Shown: piece after piece, positions 26,777 to 39,987 of the stretch
Layout: the number at the start of each line of letters is the position of its first letter
How positions within the stretch are numbered: the stretch's first letter is position 1
Translations under genes and position numbers: made by a program
Source: Octopus sinensis
Lineage: Eukaryota
Assembly: GCF_006345805.1 (NCBI RefSeq)
Contig: NC_043000.1
Coordinates: 136,710,001-136,774,000 of the forward strand
Length of the DNA: 64,000 nt
Reading direction: 5' to 3'
Notes under the pieces: model-generated
What the model was told of the DNA's origin: nothing
Seen by the model: the letters and a program-made list of their open reading frames with translations, nothing else
The model's database searches: none

Positions 26777-26801
26777 CCATCATCATCACCATCATCATCA
26801 C

Positions 26802-26836
<35 letters not shown>

Positions 26837-26840
26837 CATC

Positions 26841-26872
<32 letters not shown>

Positions 26873-26932
26873 CACCATCATCATCACCATCATCATCACC
26901 ATCATCATCATCATCATCACCATCATCATCAC

Positions 26933-26976
<44 letters not shown>

Positions 26977-27268
26977 ACATCATCATCACATTCATTTAAC
27001 GTCTATTGTGCATGCTGGCATGGGTTGGATGGGTTGACTGGAAGGATGCGCCAGGCTCCAGTCTTGATTTGGTATGGTTTTCTAAGGCCGGATGCCCTTC
27101 CTAACGCCAACCACCCACCATAGTGTAATTGGTGCTTTTACATGCCACCAGCATGGGTACCATTTGCATAACACCAGTATCTGCTATGACTGCAATTTTG
27201 CTCAGCTCGGTGGGACTTCTTCTCAAGCACGACATAATGCCAAAGGTCTTGGTCATTGCCTCCCTGAT
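26689..27268 (-). mobile_element. SINE family B copy with an expanded (about 300-bp) (CAT/CAC)n tail
   Basis: (CAT)n then tttaacgtctattgtgcatgctggcatgggttgg...ggatgcccttcctaacgccaacc. Confidence 0.8.
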
Positions 27269-27388
27269 GTGAGTATATATATATATGTGTTAGTGTATGT
27301 GTATATATATTGTCAGGCATCAAACATGAGTTGCCTAAGTGCATTTTTCATGGGTCACCTTTCTTACCTCTTTTTCTATATATATAAT

Positions 27389-27788
27389 ACTACCAGTATC
27401 GCCCGGCGTTGCTCGGGTTTGTAAGGGAAATAACTATATAAGCATTTTTAGAGAGTTATAGCCAAACAATAGCAAAAAAATGCATTAAAAATGGGAAAAA
27501 AATGATGGTAAATTTTTTTTTAAATCGTTGACTCATCGTAGACATTTTCAGAGAGTTACTTCCCTTATATAATAGCGAAAAAAATGCATTAAAATGGAAA
27601 AAAATTATGGTAAATTTTTTTTAAATCGTAGACTCATCGTAGACACGCGCTAATACCCAGAAGGGCTCGATATGAATCACAACTATAAGATACCCGGTTT
27701 TGGTTAAACTGCACCGCAAAATGTGAGAGTAGTTAGGAATCTAAATCGTAGGAGACTGACACACAACTTGACTTTTATATATAAAGAT
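27389..27788 (+). mobile_element. Non-autonomous Helitron/Helentron-type element (HINE-like)
   Basis: 5' actaccagtatcgcccggcgttgctcggg hairpin, internal about 100-bp tandem duplication, 3' acacacaacttgacttttatatataaagat. Confidence 0.65.
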
Positions 27789-27829
27789 ATACATATATAT
27801 ATATGCATATATGGGTACAGGACGTCACC

Positions 27830-28260
27830 AACAGTAAAGAAAATGAAATACAAAACAAATGAGTTAAATACACAATAATGAGAGAGAAAAAAGGACAAGT
27901 TATACAAAGAATGACCCTTCATTAGTTGTTAGCTGTCTATCTACTCCCCGTTTCGAGCAATCAACAACAATATGAGTCTTCAAAGACAGCTGCTCCCATA
28001 AATACCAAAATAAAATTTGGGATTTATGGAGGTGTCAAATTTAGGAACAAAAATAGGAGTGTGTAGACATACAGGGAAACCAAACGAAAGCAAACATGGA
28101 GGGTCGTTACACACGAATGAGGGGAAATAGTGAATGTTGAGAGAAATATTTTCTTTGAAAAGGGAAAAGATAGAAGAGAGAGAAAGGAGACATTCAATCC
28201 TTAGAACATCTGTGCAGGAAAGAAAGATGGTCACGTGAGGAAAAGAAAGATGGATGATGA
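27830..28260 (-). mobile_element. PLE-type 3' fragment with very degenerate HHR-like motif
   Basis: Minus strand GCUGUCU-UUGAAGA...GCUC-GAAAC...AGACAGC. Confidence 0.35.
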
Positions 28261-28533
28261 TCACATGTGAGCAACGAGAGAGACAAAGTGAAAGGAGGGG
28301 AGAGAGAGAGACAGGTAGAAAATGGGGAAAGGGAGAAGAAGGGAAATTAGAGAGGATAGGGGAGAATACAGTATATATTTATATGTGCACGCATGCACAC
28401 ACACACACACACACATTTACACACACAAGCACACCACACATATACATATGCTGTTTTTACCATTTATTCCCTATACATGTTTTGCTAGACATAACTGCAC
28501 ATACAGGAACTTGAATATATATGTATATATATG

Positions 28534-28578
<45 letters not shown>

Positions 28579-29069
28579 CATATATGAATCACCCTGAGCA
28601 GATGCAGACATACACACATTTACACACTTATATATTATATTTTTTTCATTTATTTTTAATAATATCTGTCTCAAGTTTTACATCAATATCATATCCAATA
28701 AATGTTGTGCAAAGTAACATTTCCTAACTGGTATTTATGATACCTGAAACGCAGTTCCAATATCATCGTTGACATAAGTTTGCTTTGTTATTTTCATAGA
28801 GTGGACAGATGTTAAATATATGCAATGTTCATATGGTTTGAATTTTATAATTTAATCAATTGATAGTCTTACTATGATCAGCTCATGTTTATTAGTATTA
28901 TACTGAACCTAAAATATAGTACCTTAGTGTGTATTCCCTGAAAATTTATTGAGAATAATATTCAAATGCTATATTAGCAAGTTTGGTAACGAAATCACTT
29001 GTTTCCATATTTAATCATGCTAGTTGTAGTTGATTAGTGCTTGGCCAGGCTTGATCCATCAGGATATAT

Positions 29070-29370
29070 GGAGGAGACACATAGCCTAGTGGTTAGAGCA
29101 GCGGACTCGCAGTCGAGGGATTGCGGGTTCGAATCTCAGACCAGGTGATGTGTGTGTTTATGAGTGAAACACCTAAGCTCCACGCGACTCCGACAGAAGG
29201 TAATGGCAAACTTCTGCTGACTCTTTCGCCACAAATTTCTTTCACTCTTCCATCCTGCATCTTGCAGCTCACCTGCGATGGACCGGTGTCCCGTTCAGGT
29301 GGGGAAACTATACGCCAAGGAAACCGGGAAACCGGCCCTTATGAGCCAGGCATGGCTCGAGAAGGAACAT
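29070..29370 (+). mobile_element. tRNA-derived SINE (fourth family)
   Basis: A box tagcctagtggttagagc, B box ggttcgaatc, body cctgcgatggaccggtgtcccgttcagg...gaaaccggg. Confidence 0.75.
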
Positions 29371-29625
29371 CAGGATATATGACCACAGACATTCCAAACA
29401 TGACTATCCTGTATTTTTTCTTATACTTAGGGAATTTCCAACCGCATTACCCAATATATTTTCTTCTAAAATGGCAGAGGTTGATCTGTGGAAAACAATT
29501 TAGCTGCAACTTGTAGCAAGTCAAGTAAACGTATAAAGACTCTGTCATTGGCTTCTCTCATCCTAGTCATAATCAGCTGTATGAATGTAAAATCCAAGAG
29601 AGAAAATTATGAAAAATCAATAATA

Positions 29626-30070
29626 GGCATTGGAGTGGCTGTGTGGTAAGTAGCTTGCTTACCAACCACATGGTTCTGGGTTCAGTCTCACTGAATGGCA
29701 CCTTAGGCAAGTGTCTTCTGCTATAGCCTCGGGCCAACCAAAGCCTTGTGAGTAGATTTGGTAGACGGAAACTGAAAGAAGTCCGTTGTATATATATATG
29801 TATATATATATATGTATGCATGTATGTATGTATGTGTGTATGTGTGTGCGTTTGTGTGTCTGTGTTTGTCCCCCCCCCCAACATCACATGTCAACCAATG
29901 CTGGTGTGTTTATGTTCCCGTAACCTAACAGTTCAGCAAAAGAGACTGATAGAATAAGTACTAGGCTTACAAAGAATAAGTCCTAGGGTCGATTTGCGTG
30001 ACTAAAGGCGGTGCTCCAGCATGGTCACAGTCAAATGACTGAAATGAGTAAAAGAGTACAAGAGCAAAGA
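29626..30070 (+). mobile_element. SINE family A copy
   Basis: Full head-to-tail match to family A. Confidence 0.9.
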
Positions 30071-30181
30071 GTAATATGAGGTTGCATTAATTTTTCCTCA
30101 TGATATGTAGAGTGGTAATTTTTATCCAGATAATAAGTGAGTATATTCTACAGTTTATTCCTATTTTTTTTAGTCTTATAG

Positions 30182-30360
30182 TTTTCACTGGTGAATCAGA
30201 TAGTTTTGAACATTTTAACAGAATAAAAACAAAATATGTAACAACAAAGTTTACTATAAAGTAAGTAAAATTAGCTGAAAACTATTTTGCCAAATGATAT
30301 TACTTAGTAAATCTTTGATAATCCCCACTAAATATTTCATGCAGTCGATAGAAATGAGGC
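30182..30360 (+). other. Candidate exon pair (30182-30260 and 30345-30360) with 84-nt intron
   Basis: Two gtaagt donors (30261, 30361), acceptors ttttttttagtcttatag and atttcatgcag; open frame FTGESDSFEHFNRIKTKYVTTKFTI. Confidence 0.25.
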
Positions 30361-30769
30361 GTAAGTATATGTTTATGACATTCCCTCGAGTCTTTAACGG
30401 TGAAAATGAGGCACATATTAGATGCTCTTTAACTTATATTGTTCTCTGCTTAATATCATGTACAAGTTGATATTTGTAAAAATGTCATTGCACACAGTAG
30501 TGTCTATGCAGAGAGTCTAAAATCTGCCAAGTCAACATTAAAAATGGATATAGTTATAGAAAAAGAAAAAAAAGTGAAAAAATAATCTGGTATGCATTTT
30601 ACATACAAGTGCGCTCATCAAATGGCTAGAGACATAAATTGCAAAGAGGAGCACATCACACAAACCAAGAAGAATATGTTTTCGATGGTATTCGCATGTA
30701 TGTGTCATTTGATGAACGATATGTGTACATCCACTCAGAAATACATTACTATATTAGCATTCATTATTG

Positions 30770-30814
<45 letters not shown>

Positions 30815-30840
30815 ATGTATGTATGCATGTATGTATATAC

Positions 30841-30916
<76 letters not shown>

Positions 30917-31489
30917 TTATAAATATATATGTATATATATATATGGATATATATATAATTTATAAGTAAGGGCAAACGAAAAAATTTCTAATGCCAAAAT
31001 ATGCCGAAAATAGACACAAAAGTAATAACCATGTAATTTATATATATATATATGCATATGAATTCAAATTTATTAGCACACATATGCACACACATACATA
31101 GGCATGTACACACAGTTATATAAGTGATCTTGTTTTTAAAGTGCAATGTTACATGATGGCAAATCCAGTGAAGTACATAGCTATCTAAGTTCCTCGCATT
31201 GTACCTTGATACTGTACACACACACATACACCAACATACACGCACACTCACACACACACACAAGTGCACACACGTTATATAAAGGCTTATGTTTTTAGTA
31301 AAACTGTATAAAAAACAAACACTAGCTGAAAAGCAGTGAATAATTTAAGTAGAGTATTAAATTTATTAGATTTGCAAGGGAAATATTGATAATGATTTCA
31401 AAGTTCTCCTGGTGGCTGCAGACTAGCAAGTTTAATCATTGGCAAAAACAAAAGTTTTTGGTCACCTTTTTCTTTATATACCTGCATAC

Positions 31490-31600
31490 ATACATGACTG
31501 GGCCTGATGAAGCCTTCTGGCTTCACAGACCCCAGTAGAACCGTCCAACCCATGCTAGCATGGAAAACGGACGCTAAACGATGATGATGATGATGATGAC
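31490..31600 (+). mobile_element. SINE family B 3' fragment
   Basis: gaaccgtccaacccatgctagcatggaaaacggacgctaaacgatgatgatg. Confidence 0.8.
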
Positions 31601-31654
31601 ATACATACATATATGCATACATACATACATACATACATACATACATACGTATAT

Positions 31655-31860
31655 ACTCTTTTACTTGTTTCGGTCATTTGACTGTGGCCTTGCTGGAGCA
31701 CCGCCTTTAGTCGAGCAAATCGATCCCAGGACTTATTCTTTGTAAGCCTAGTACTTATTCTATCAGTCTCTTTTCCACACCGCTAAGTTACGGGGATGTA
31801 AGCACTCTGGCATTGGTTGTCAAGCAATGTTGGGGGTGAGGGGGTCAAACATATACACAA

Positions 31861-31899
<39 letters not shown>

Positions 31900-32047
31900 T
31901 ATACAATGGGCTTCTTTCAGTTTCCATCTACCAAATCCACTCACAAGGCTTTGGTTGGTCCGAGGCTATAGTAGAAGACACTTGCCTAAGGTGCCACACA
32001 GTGAGACTGAACCCAGAACCATGTGGCTGGTAAGCAAGCCACTCCTG
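31655..32047 (-). mobile_element. SINE family A copy
   Basis: Reverse-complement match to family A. Confidence 0.85.
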
Positions 32048-32069
32048 CATGCATACATACATACATACA

Positions 32070-32270
32070 GTCAGTGATGTTGACAGGCTCTACCTACGAA
32101 GAAATGAAAATGGTAGAGACCAGAGATTAGTGCAGACAGCCTTCGAATGCCATATGGTATCACTCAGGCAGCACCAGCTGAACAACAGCAGCAAAAATAA
32201 ATATATAAATGCAGCGCTGGAAAGTGAAGTGAGCACCATTGTAATGAGTCGGCAGGGAGCTCCTCAAGAA
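32070..32270 (+). mobile_element. R4/Dong-like LINE RT fragment
   Basis: SDVDRLYLRRNENGRDQRLVQTAF resembles the DVDRLYLPRKEGGRGL motif after the RT domain of R4-clade elements. Confidence 0.65.
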
Positions 32271-32397
32271 GCACTCTCTTTCTGATGATCTCCTTTCTGA
32301 TGATCAGAAAGCGACCTTGACTCAAGGTCCAAGAGTTTTATGTGTTGGCCAAAGCACTAAGCTCTCAGAACTTGAGTCACTCTCTTACTTCTGCAAA

Positions 32398-32613
32398 ATT
32401 TTTACTCTTTTACTTGTTTCACCAATTTGACTGCGGCCATGCTGGAGCACTGCCTTTTAGTGGAGCAAATCAAGCCCAGGACTTATTCTTTTGTAAGCCT
32501 AGTACTTATTTTATCGGTCTCTTTTGCTGAACTGCTAAGTTGCAGAGTCGTAAACACACCAGCATCGGTTGTCAAGCGATGTTAGGGGGACAAACACAGA
32601 CACACAAACATAT

Positions 32614-32666
<53 letters not shown>

Positions 32667-33062
32667 TACCTCGTGAAGACCACTTGCGTTTTTTTCTTTT
32701 TTTTTTTCCCTCTGTCCTCCCACCTCAGGATCTTTCTTTCTCTTATGTTTTCGACGAAGAGCTCCGCTTGAAACGTCATACCCTCCTTCTTCCCTTTTTT
32801 CCTGAGCGCCTAATAATACTTTAATTGTTCCACCTCTTTGCGTTGTTGTCTTTTTTCTTGTTTGGATTAACTTTATATATATATATATACATACATATAT
32901 ACGATGGGCTTCTTTCAGTTTCCGTCTACCAAATCCACTCACAAGGCTTTGGTCGGCCTGAGGCTATAGTAGAAGACATTTTCCCAAGGTGCCACACAGT
33001 GGGATTGAACCCTGAACCAAGTGGTTCGTAAGCAAGCTACTTACTACACAGCCACTCCTACG
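32398..33062 (-). mobile_element. SINE family A copy with nested PLE-type element
   Basis: Family A halves separated by the 32661-32880 insertion in the central (TA)n. Confidence 0.85.
32661..32880 (+). mobile_element. PLE-type non-autonomous element with degenerate HHR (32747-32781)
   Basis: GUUU-UCGACGA-A-GAGC(UCC)GCUU-GAAAC-GUC-AUAC; same family as 7532-7875. Confidence 0.6.
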
Positions 33063-33515
33063 TCTATATTGATAAAAATACACATATACTCATATTTTAT
33101 TTTGAGTTCTATTTTCACTGTTTGTATCAACACACACACACACACACATATAGTAAAATACGGATTCAGATAGAATCATGTACTTGCAAAGATACGCACC
33201 AGTTAAGGTGGGATAAACCTGTGGTTCTGGCCTAAGGCTGGTAAGTATCAAATAAGATATTCTGGTTGTGTACACAGAGAAAACCATCCCTATGAGTATC
33301 TAGTACCTAGGGGCTGGTCCAAAGCACATGTTACGTTGAATTGTATATTGTTGGTATACTCTAGGGTATCCGATAAGTCATAAATCCCCCTGATGTATTA
33401 TGATCAAATGAATAATAACAGACAATGGATAATTGTCAGCTCATAATTAACCATCATCTTTTATTATTCATTTGTATGTATATCTGTCTATCGATTGATC
33501 TATCTACCTACCTAC

Positions 33516-33611
<96 letters not shown>

Positions 33612-33740
33612 ATGTGTGTGTGTGTCTGTGTGTCTGTGTGTGTGTGTGTGTGTCTGTGTGTGTCTGTGGAAATATATATAGATATCTATATGTACAGATA
33701 GATAGATATACACATATATTTACATTTATATATGTGTGTG

Positions 33741-33802
<62 letters not shown>

Positions 33803-34037
33803 TGAGAGAGAGAGAGAGAGATGAGTGTATTTTTGCCTTGTTAACAATTAACACAGAAAAAAAAAAATAGTTACCAGGCTGTATACAAAAAATTCCACAT
33901 ATATAAGAGTTAATGGTGTCATTGAGACCCAAAGGTGTCAGGTAATGCTGAATAAGTGCTATAGACAGACCATAGTTAAGTTCCAGGTTTAGTAATATTG
34001 CGAATAAAGGGTTCAACGTTGGCCAAATGTCAGTGTG

Positions 34038-34375
34038 TGTATATAAGAATTTTTTGCGTAATAAGATAAGAAACCAAGGCTGTATAGATATTACAGCATT
34101 TATAGATAGATAGATCTATAAATGCTCTAATATCTATACAGCCTTGGTTTTTTTTATCTTATTATGCAAAAAATTCTTATATATATACATGATAGATCGC
34201 TAGCCACTACACATTCTTTATTTTCTCTCCTTGCTTCTTTCTGTGTTCCTTTCTGTGGAAGAGCGTAGACTCGAAATGTTAAAGATTTTTTCACTTCCTG
34301 AACATTATACTAATATATCTATTTGTTGTCTACACCACCTGTCTACATCTTTTTTTCTTGCGAATTCTCCTATAT
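34038..34375 (+). mobile_element. PLE-type element with 5' fold-back (34038-34185) and HHR-like motif (34249-34284)
   Basis: About 70-bp inverted arms around agatag; CUUU-CUGUGGA-A-GAGC(GUAG)ACUC-GAAAU-GUU-AAAG. Confidence 0.55.
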
Positions 34376-34389
34376 ATATATATACTCTC

Positions 34390-34426
<37 letters not shown>

Positions 34427-34640
34427 GTGTGTGTGTGTGTGTGTGTTAAATTTAGCAAGTCAAGCTCAATTTCACTAAACATAATAGAATTTACTTTCCG
34501 AAACTGAAGTCTTATCTCATAATCTGCATCTTACTAAAGTAAACAACTTCAATAATTGTTCTGTACTCATATCTGCAATTATTTCATTATCTGTGGTAAA
34601 AGAAAGATAAGAAAATAATGCACACTGTATTTCTGCTTTA

Positions 34641-34672
<32 letters not shown>

Positions 34673-36417
34673 TCTTGTTTTCCTGTCTTTAAAGACCTTG
34701 CAGTCAATTTGTGACTATATTTTATTTATATAAATAATCAAGTCTCATCTGTTGAATTCACACATTTAAGACTAGTCCTGAAGCATTGCCATCATAATTT
34801 GGAGTGTTTTATATTTTTAGTGTGAATGTTATGGATATTTCCCAGTGCAGACAAATATTAAAATCAGTCCAAAAGTTCTACTCAGCAGAAATCAAGTTGT
34901 GCTGGCATACAGCATTATCAAATTAGTTTATATTAAGGATTGCCTTATATAAATTATGCAAAGGATGGTATTTACTAACAAAGGCTCAAGTTCACTATAA
35001 GCAATTTCGTTGTACCTCTCTCTCTAGATATTAGCTTTTAATTCTATGTATGTTTGTTGCATGGAAACAAATATGAATAAATGTTCTACTGAAGATGTGA
35101 ATTCTGATGTTTTGGGAAGGATCTTTTTTTAAAGAAAGTAAAATAAATGAAATTTCTGATAATGCATCAGCACTCTCAGAAATGATTCCATTAGAATTCT
35201 TGTCTCCTGCAAGTCATATAAATTTTTTCAGTTTTTTGAACTTTATTTACCAACTTTTGCTCATGTATACCACTTGTAGTTTTAAGATATTCACAGAATG
35301 TTATGTACCCATAATGTAATTGAATGGTGAGATAATATGAAAGAATATCCTTGAAGAGATTCAGTTTTCATTTGTCTAATGTCATGAATCCAGAATGAAG
35401 CAGTGGTGCTTATGAAACACTTGAGCTCTTGGAAGCAACTGCAATTTTCCTTTTTTTTTTTCACTGGATGCAACTATTACAACTACAATAAACTATTTTT
35501 ACTGTTTCTACTATTATATGATTATAACCACTTATAACAATATTGATGATATGATGTATAATTCTTTTATATAATATAATATTATATAAAAAAAAATTTA
35601 TATATTTTCCATATCTTTTAGTGTACATTTTTCCCATCGAGACTAAAATAAAATGTTACAAAGCCTTTAAACACGATTCTCTTTCCCAAACGAATAAAGC
35701 GAATTGTCTAATTTATCATTTATAGGCTTGCATTTCAGGATTTATTTATGATGAATACTTAGTTCTATTGGTTGTCAGAAAGAAGAGCCATTTTGTTCCT
35801 GAAATGAATGGAGCTTATAACAGTCAAGGTGACCCTCTTAGTCATAAAAACCTTACAAACAGAAATGGTGGCAATATTGTAAAATAAAACCATAAAAAAT
35901 GTCAGTCTATATTGATTTTTGTCCCTCAAGTATATCTTTCTAAATTCCAAGCTTTCATAATCTAAACCCACTACCATTGGAGAAAAAACAAAGTGTGTAG
36001 AATATACCCAGTTTAATAAATAAACAATGACTAGAACAGAATTTGAGTATTGACGTATCAATCTGATGCAAAGTATTTAGCAGTTGTTTGGTAATATAGA
36101 TTTCTTTTGACCGAGTATGAAATCAAAATTTATAGGAGATTGTATATAATTAAAGAGATTGATCCTTTGGAGGATGAAAAACAAATTCAGACCTTGCAAA
36201 TTTTGAACTACAAACCTTATGGAATAAAATGAAATATTACATTAGCATTTTTTTTTTTTTTTTGTAGCTCTACGACTAATTTAAACTAATATCCTCCCAA
36301 ATAATTTCAATCATTTTGGTTTGGAATAAGATGATTGGGCAATGGAAATGTCAGCATTGTCACTGCCCATAACTGAACAATTTTTGGAGATAAACATATA
36401 TGCACATAAACACATAT

Positions 36418-36484
<67 letters not shown>

Positions 36485-36773
36485 TATGCAGATAGATAGA
36501 TAGATACTACCATGACCGATATCCAAACTACAGTGGAAAAGGCTAGTCACTAGATTTTGTTAAAATGAGACAATGAGCAATGGCTAGAGAAATAGTGAGC
36601 TTTATTTAATAACCAGTTGATCTAGCAAGTGGGGCCTCATATCAGTGAGGGGGGTGTGCATTGATGCCATTGAGAGGTAGGCCCCGAAACGGCGCGCATT
36701 CTCTCCTGATGACCCCATACACTTTTTTCGACTGGTAGCACTTGCATGTGCAAGTTGTTTGCAAGACACTGAC

Positions 36774-36813
<40 letters not shown>

Positions 36814-37311
36814 TTTAGATAGATAGATAGACAGATAGACAGATAGATATCAAAACAGATATGACAGGCCACTTTCAGTTTCTCTCTATCATATCCATTC
36901 ACAAGGCTTTGGCCTATCCAACTTACAGTAGAAAACACTTGAAGTGCTGTGTATTTGAACTGAACCTAAAACCATCTTGTTGGTAAGCGATCCATTCTGC
37001 ACCTATTTTCCCAGAGTTGCTGGTTCAACACATTTAAAAATTTATTCACATGGCTTAAACATTTTAATGGAATTTTAGAGGAATATTTCCTAAAGTACTA
37101 CCTGCTTACCAGTGATATGTGAACTCAAGTCTCAGTTTTGCAGTTTGGTTAAATATATAATAATAGAGTAAAACAACAGAGTCTGAGTAAATAATAGGAA
37201 TCAACAACAGTAAAAAGTAATGGACATAATCTATGTAGTGGAATATATCTAATGCTGTGAGGGAGAAAAGTTTAATAAGTAAACTTTATATTACTGCATT
37301 TCTACTTTCTC

Positions 37312-37488
37312 TTACTTTTTTACTTGTTTCAGTCATTTGACTGTGGCCATGCTCATTGTTTGTAAGCCTAGTACTTATTCTATTGGTCTCTTTTGCCGAA
37401 CTGCTAAGTTACGGGGACGTAAACACACCAGCATCGGTTGTCAAGCAATGATGGAGGGACAAACACAGATACACAAACATACCACACA

Positions 37489-37536
<48 letters not shown>

Positions 37537-37739
37537 TATTATATATATATATATATATAACATATATACGACAGGCTTCTTTTAGTTTTCATCTACCAAA
37601 TCCACTCACAAGGCTTTGGTCAGCCTGAGGCTATAGTAGAAGACACTTGCCCAAGGTGCCACACAGTGGGACTGGACTGAACCCGGAGCCACGTGGTTGG
37701 TAAGCAAGCTACTTACCACACAGCCACTCATGCACCTAT
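37312..37739 (-). mobile_element. SINE family A copy
   Basis: Reverse-complement match to family A. Confidence 0.85.
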
Positions 37740-37949
37740 TTCTGTTGAAATATACTACATTTCTTTTAATTGATTATGAAAATAATGAAGAGATAAGTAA
37801 AATAACTCATTATTAAAATAGTGGTGGAAATATAAATTAACATGAAATTTGGTTGGAAAGTTTTAGGTCTCTATGAAACAGGAAGTTTGTATTTTAGAAT
37901 CAGTGTTATTCAGAAGCTGCTTGGTATGAAAGCGTTAAATAAGTTTTCA

Positions 37950-38113
37950 CAGGTGCAAGAGTGGCTGTGTGGTAAGTAGATTACTTACCAACCACAAGGT
38001 TCCAGGTTCAGTCTTACTACATGGCACCTTGGGCAAGTGTCTTCTACTATAGCCTTGGGCTGACCAAAGCCTTGTGAGTGGATTTGGTAGACAGACACTG
38101 AAAGAAGCCCATC

Positions 38114-38157
<44 letters not shown>

Positions 38158-38375
38158 ATATATGTGTGTGTGTTTGTGTGTCTGTGTTTATCCCCCCAAC
38201 ATCGCTTGACAACCGATGCTGGTGTGTTTACATCACCGTAACTTAGCAGTTTGGCAAAAGTGACCAATAGAATAAGTAATAGGCTTACAAAGAATGAGTC
38301 CTGGGGTCGATTTCCTCAACTAAAGGCAGTGCTCCAGCATGGTCACAGTCAAATGACTGAAACAAGTAAAAGAGC
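37950..38375 (+). mobile_element. SINE family A copy
   Basis: Full match; inverted relative to 37312-37739. Confidence 0.85.
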
Positions 38376-38519
38376 AAACTACAGCTCATTTTCATTATTT
38401 TTTTTACAGACAATAACTAGTTTTAATAAAAGGATTTGCTAAAATTTATTAAAACAACATATGCAGATATAGTAGTGTGTTTAAGAAACTTGCTTTTCAA
38501 CCACATAATTTCAATGCAT

Positions 38520-39203
38520 GGCACCATGGGCAAGTGTCTTTGGCTCATTGCAAGTGATGAGAAGTGGATCCTTACTATAATGTTAAACATCGTCAATCGT
38601 AGATCAGTCGAGGAGGAAGACCTGTTCAACAACCAAGAGGAGGACTTCATCCAAGGAAGAAAATGTTGAGTGTATGGTGGAATATCGAAGGAATTGTCCA
38701 TTACGAACTGTTAGACAACAATCAAGCAATTACTGCTAATCTCTACTGTGATCATCTTCATCATTTGAAAGCTGCTTTGGACAGAAAGCAACTCTGCTTA
38801 GTCAACAGGAAGGGTGTCATCTTCCAGCATGATAATGCTCGTCCTCATGCAGCTCAACTAACCAAATATCTCTTGGAAGAGCTTGGTTGGGAAATATTGC
38901 TTCATCCTCCATATTCTCCAGACCTTGCTCATTCTGATTATTACTTGTTTTGGGGACTACAGAACCATTTGAACGGCCTTACATTGGCATCAAAAGAGGT
39001 GGTAGAAAATGAGTTAGATTCATATTTCACATCAAAACCTAAACAGTTTTACAAGCATGGAATTTATTAGCTTGTTGACAAATGGAATGAAATTCTAGAA
39101 AGCAATGGAAATTATATTAATGAATAAATATCGTCTTAATCATGAGCTTTTTCATTTTTTATAGAAACCAAAAAATTGGCCTTTATCTTTGCACCAATCT
39201 GAT
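38520..39203 (+). mobile_element. Mariner (DD34D) transposase remnant, 3' two-thirds plus right TIR
   Basis: SDEKWI, MLSVWWNIEGIVHYELL, HDNARPH and HPPYSPDLAHSDYYLF motifs; end ggcctttatctttgcaccaatctgata. Confidence 0.9.
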
Positions 39204-39857
39204 ATATATATGTATTTGTGTCTTTGTGTTTGTCCCTCCACCATCGTGTGACAACTGGTCTTAGTTTGTTTACATCTTCATAACTTGGCAGTTCAGTAAA
39301 AGAACATGATAGAATAAGTATAGTGTAATTCAGTATGCATAAGAAGGGCATCTTGTAGTGTGGTGTTCTATTCCATTCAAGCCAGCGTGGAAAAGAGGGC
39401 ATACAAACAATGATGCTGATGATGGTTCTTAAAATATTGCTTTATGACAGTAAGGAATCTTCTATGCAATAATTTGACTTGATAGAAAAGGGTAGTCATA
39501 TCCCATTTGAATTACATCCTACCATCTTAAAAGATTACATTAAACAATGTAGACTGTGACATGCAAAAAAAAAAAAAGATGGAATGTTTACAACCAGAAT
39601 GCTTTTGATAATAAGTTTTGATTAGGATTAAGTTGGACCAAACAACAGAATTGTGATGCAGTCAAGAGAAATACTAAAATTCTATGAGAGAATTAAAGGT
39701 TGTGATTTTAACATGTTAATTGCGATGACCTGCTACTGGAACTTTCCGGTGATGCCACATATTTTGTGCAGTCACACTGCATTCAGTTTAATTACAAAGA
39801 GATGTATTTTTTTTTGCATTTTCACAATATTTCATAATTAAACTTTAATATTTTCAG

Positions 39858-39987
39858 CACTCATGTTATTCAAATATCCCTGAAACCATGTCAAAGATAC
39901 AGTTGAGTGAAATTTGCAATGAACTGCCAGTGGTACCGGGGGTGGTTAAACATGTTAAAAAAACAAAACTAGAAACTAAGAAAACAA
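39858..39987 (+). CDS. Candidate exon HSCYSNIPETMSKIQLSEICNELPVVPGVVKHVKKTKLETKKT, unknown gene
   Basis: Long T-rich acceptor ending tattttcag, possible donor CAA|gtaata at 39988, ACCATG context, antisense frame also open. Confidence 0.3.

Noticed and set aside
26617-27123. Poly-His/Ile/Ser ORFs (also 51748-52248 and 61677-62232)
   Set aside because: Translations of (CAT)n and (ATT)n arrays.
29073-29148. tRNA genes here and at 43196 and 54175
   Set aside because: A and B boxes are present but there is no paired acceptor stem, and each continues into a SINE body.
31500-31530. CTGATGA followed by an AGCC/GGCT hairpin
   Set aside because: No GAAA after the stem, and other family B copies read ctggtgcagcc here, so this is a chance variant.
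35060-35320. Possible frameshifted ORF METNMNKCSTEDVNSD...KESKINEISDNASALSEM
   Set aside because: Needs an assumed homopolymer error, lacks good splice sites and has no recognisable homology.
35765-36240. 98-aa minus ORF and two short plus-strand peptides (KKSHFVPEMNGAYNSQG..., KEIDPLEDEKQIQ...)
   Set aside because: Protein-like by eye but mutually incompatible, unrecognised and without a consistent exon chain.
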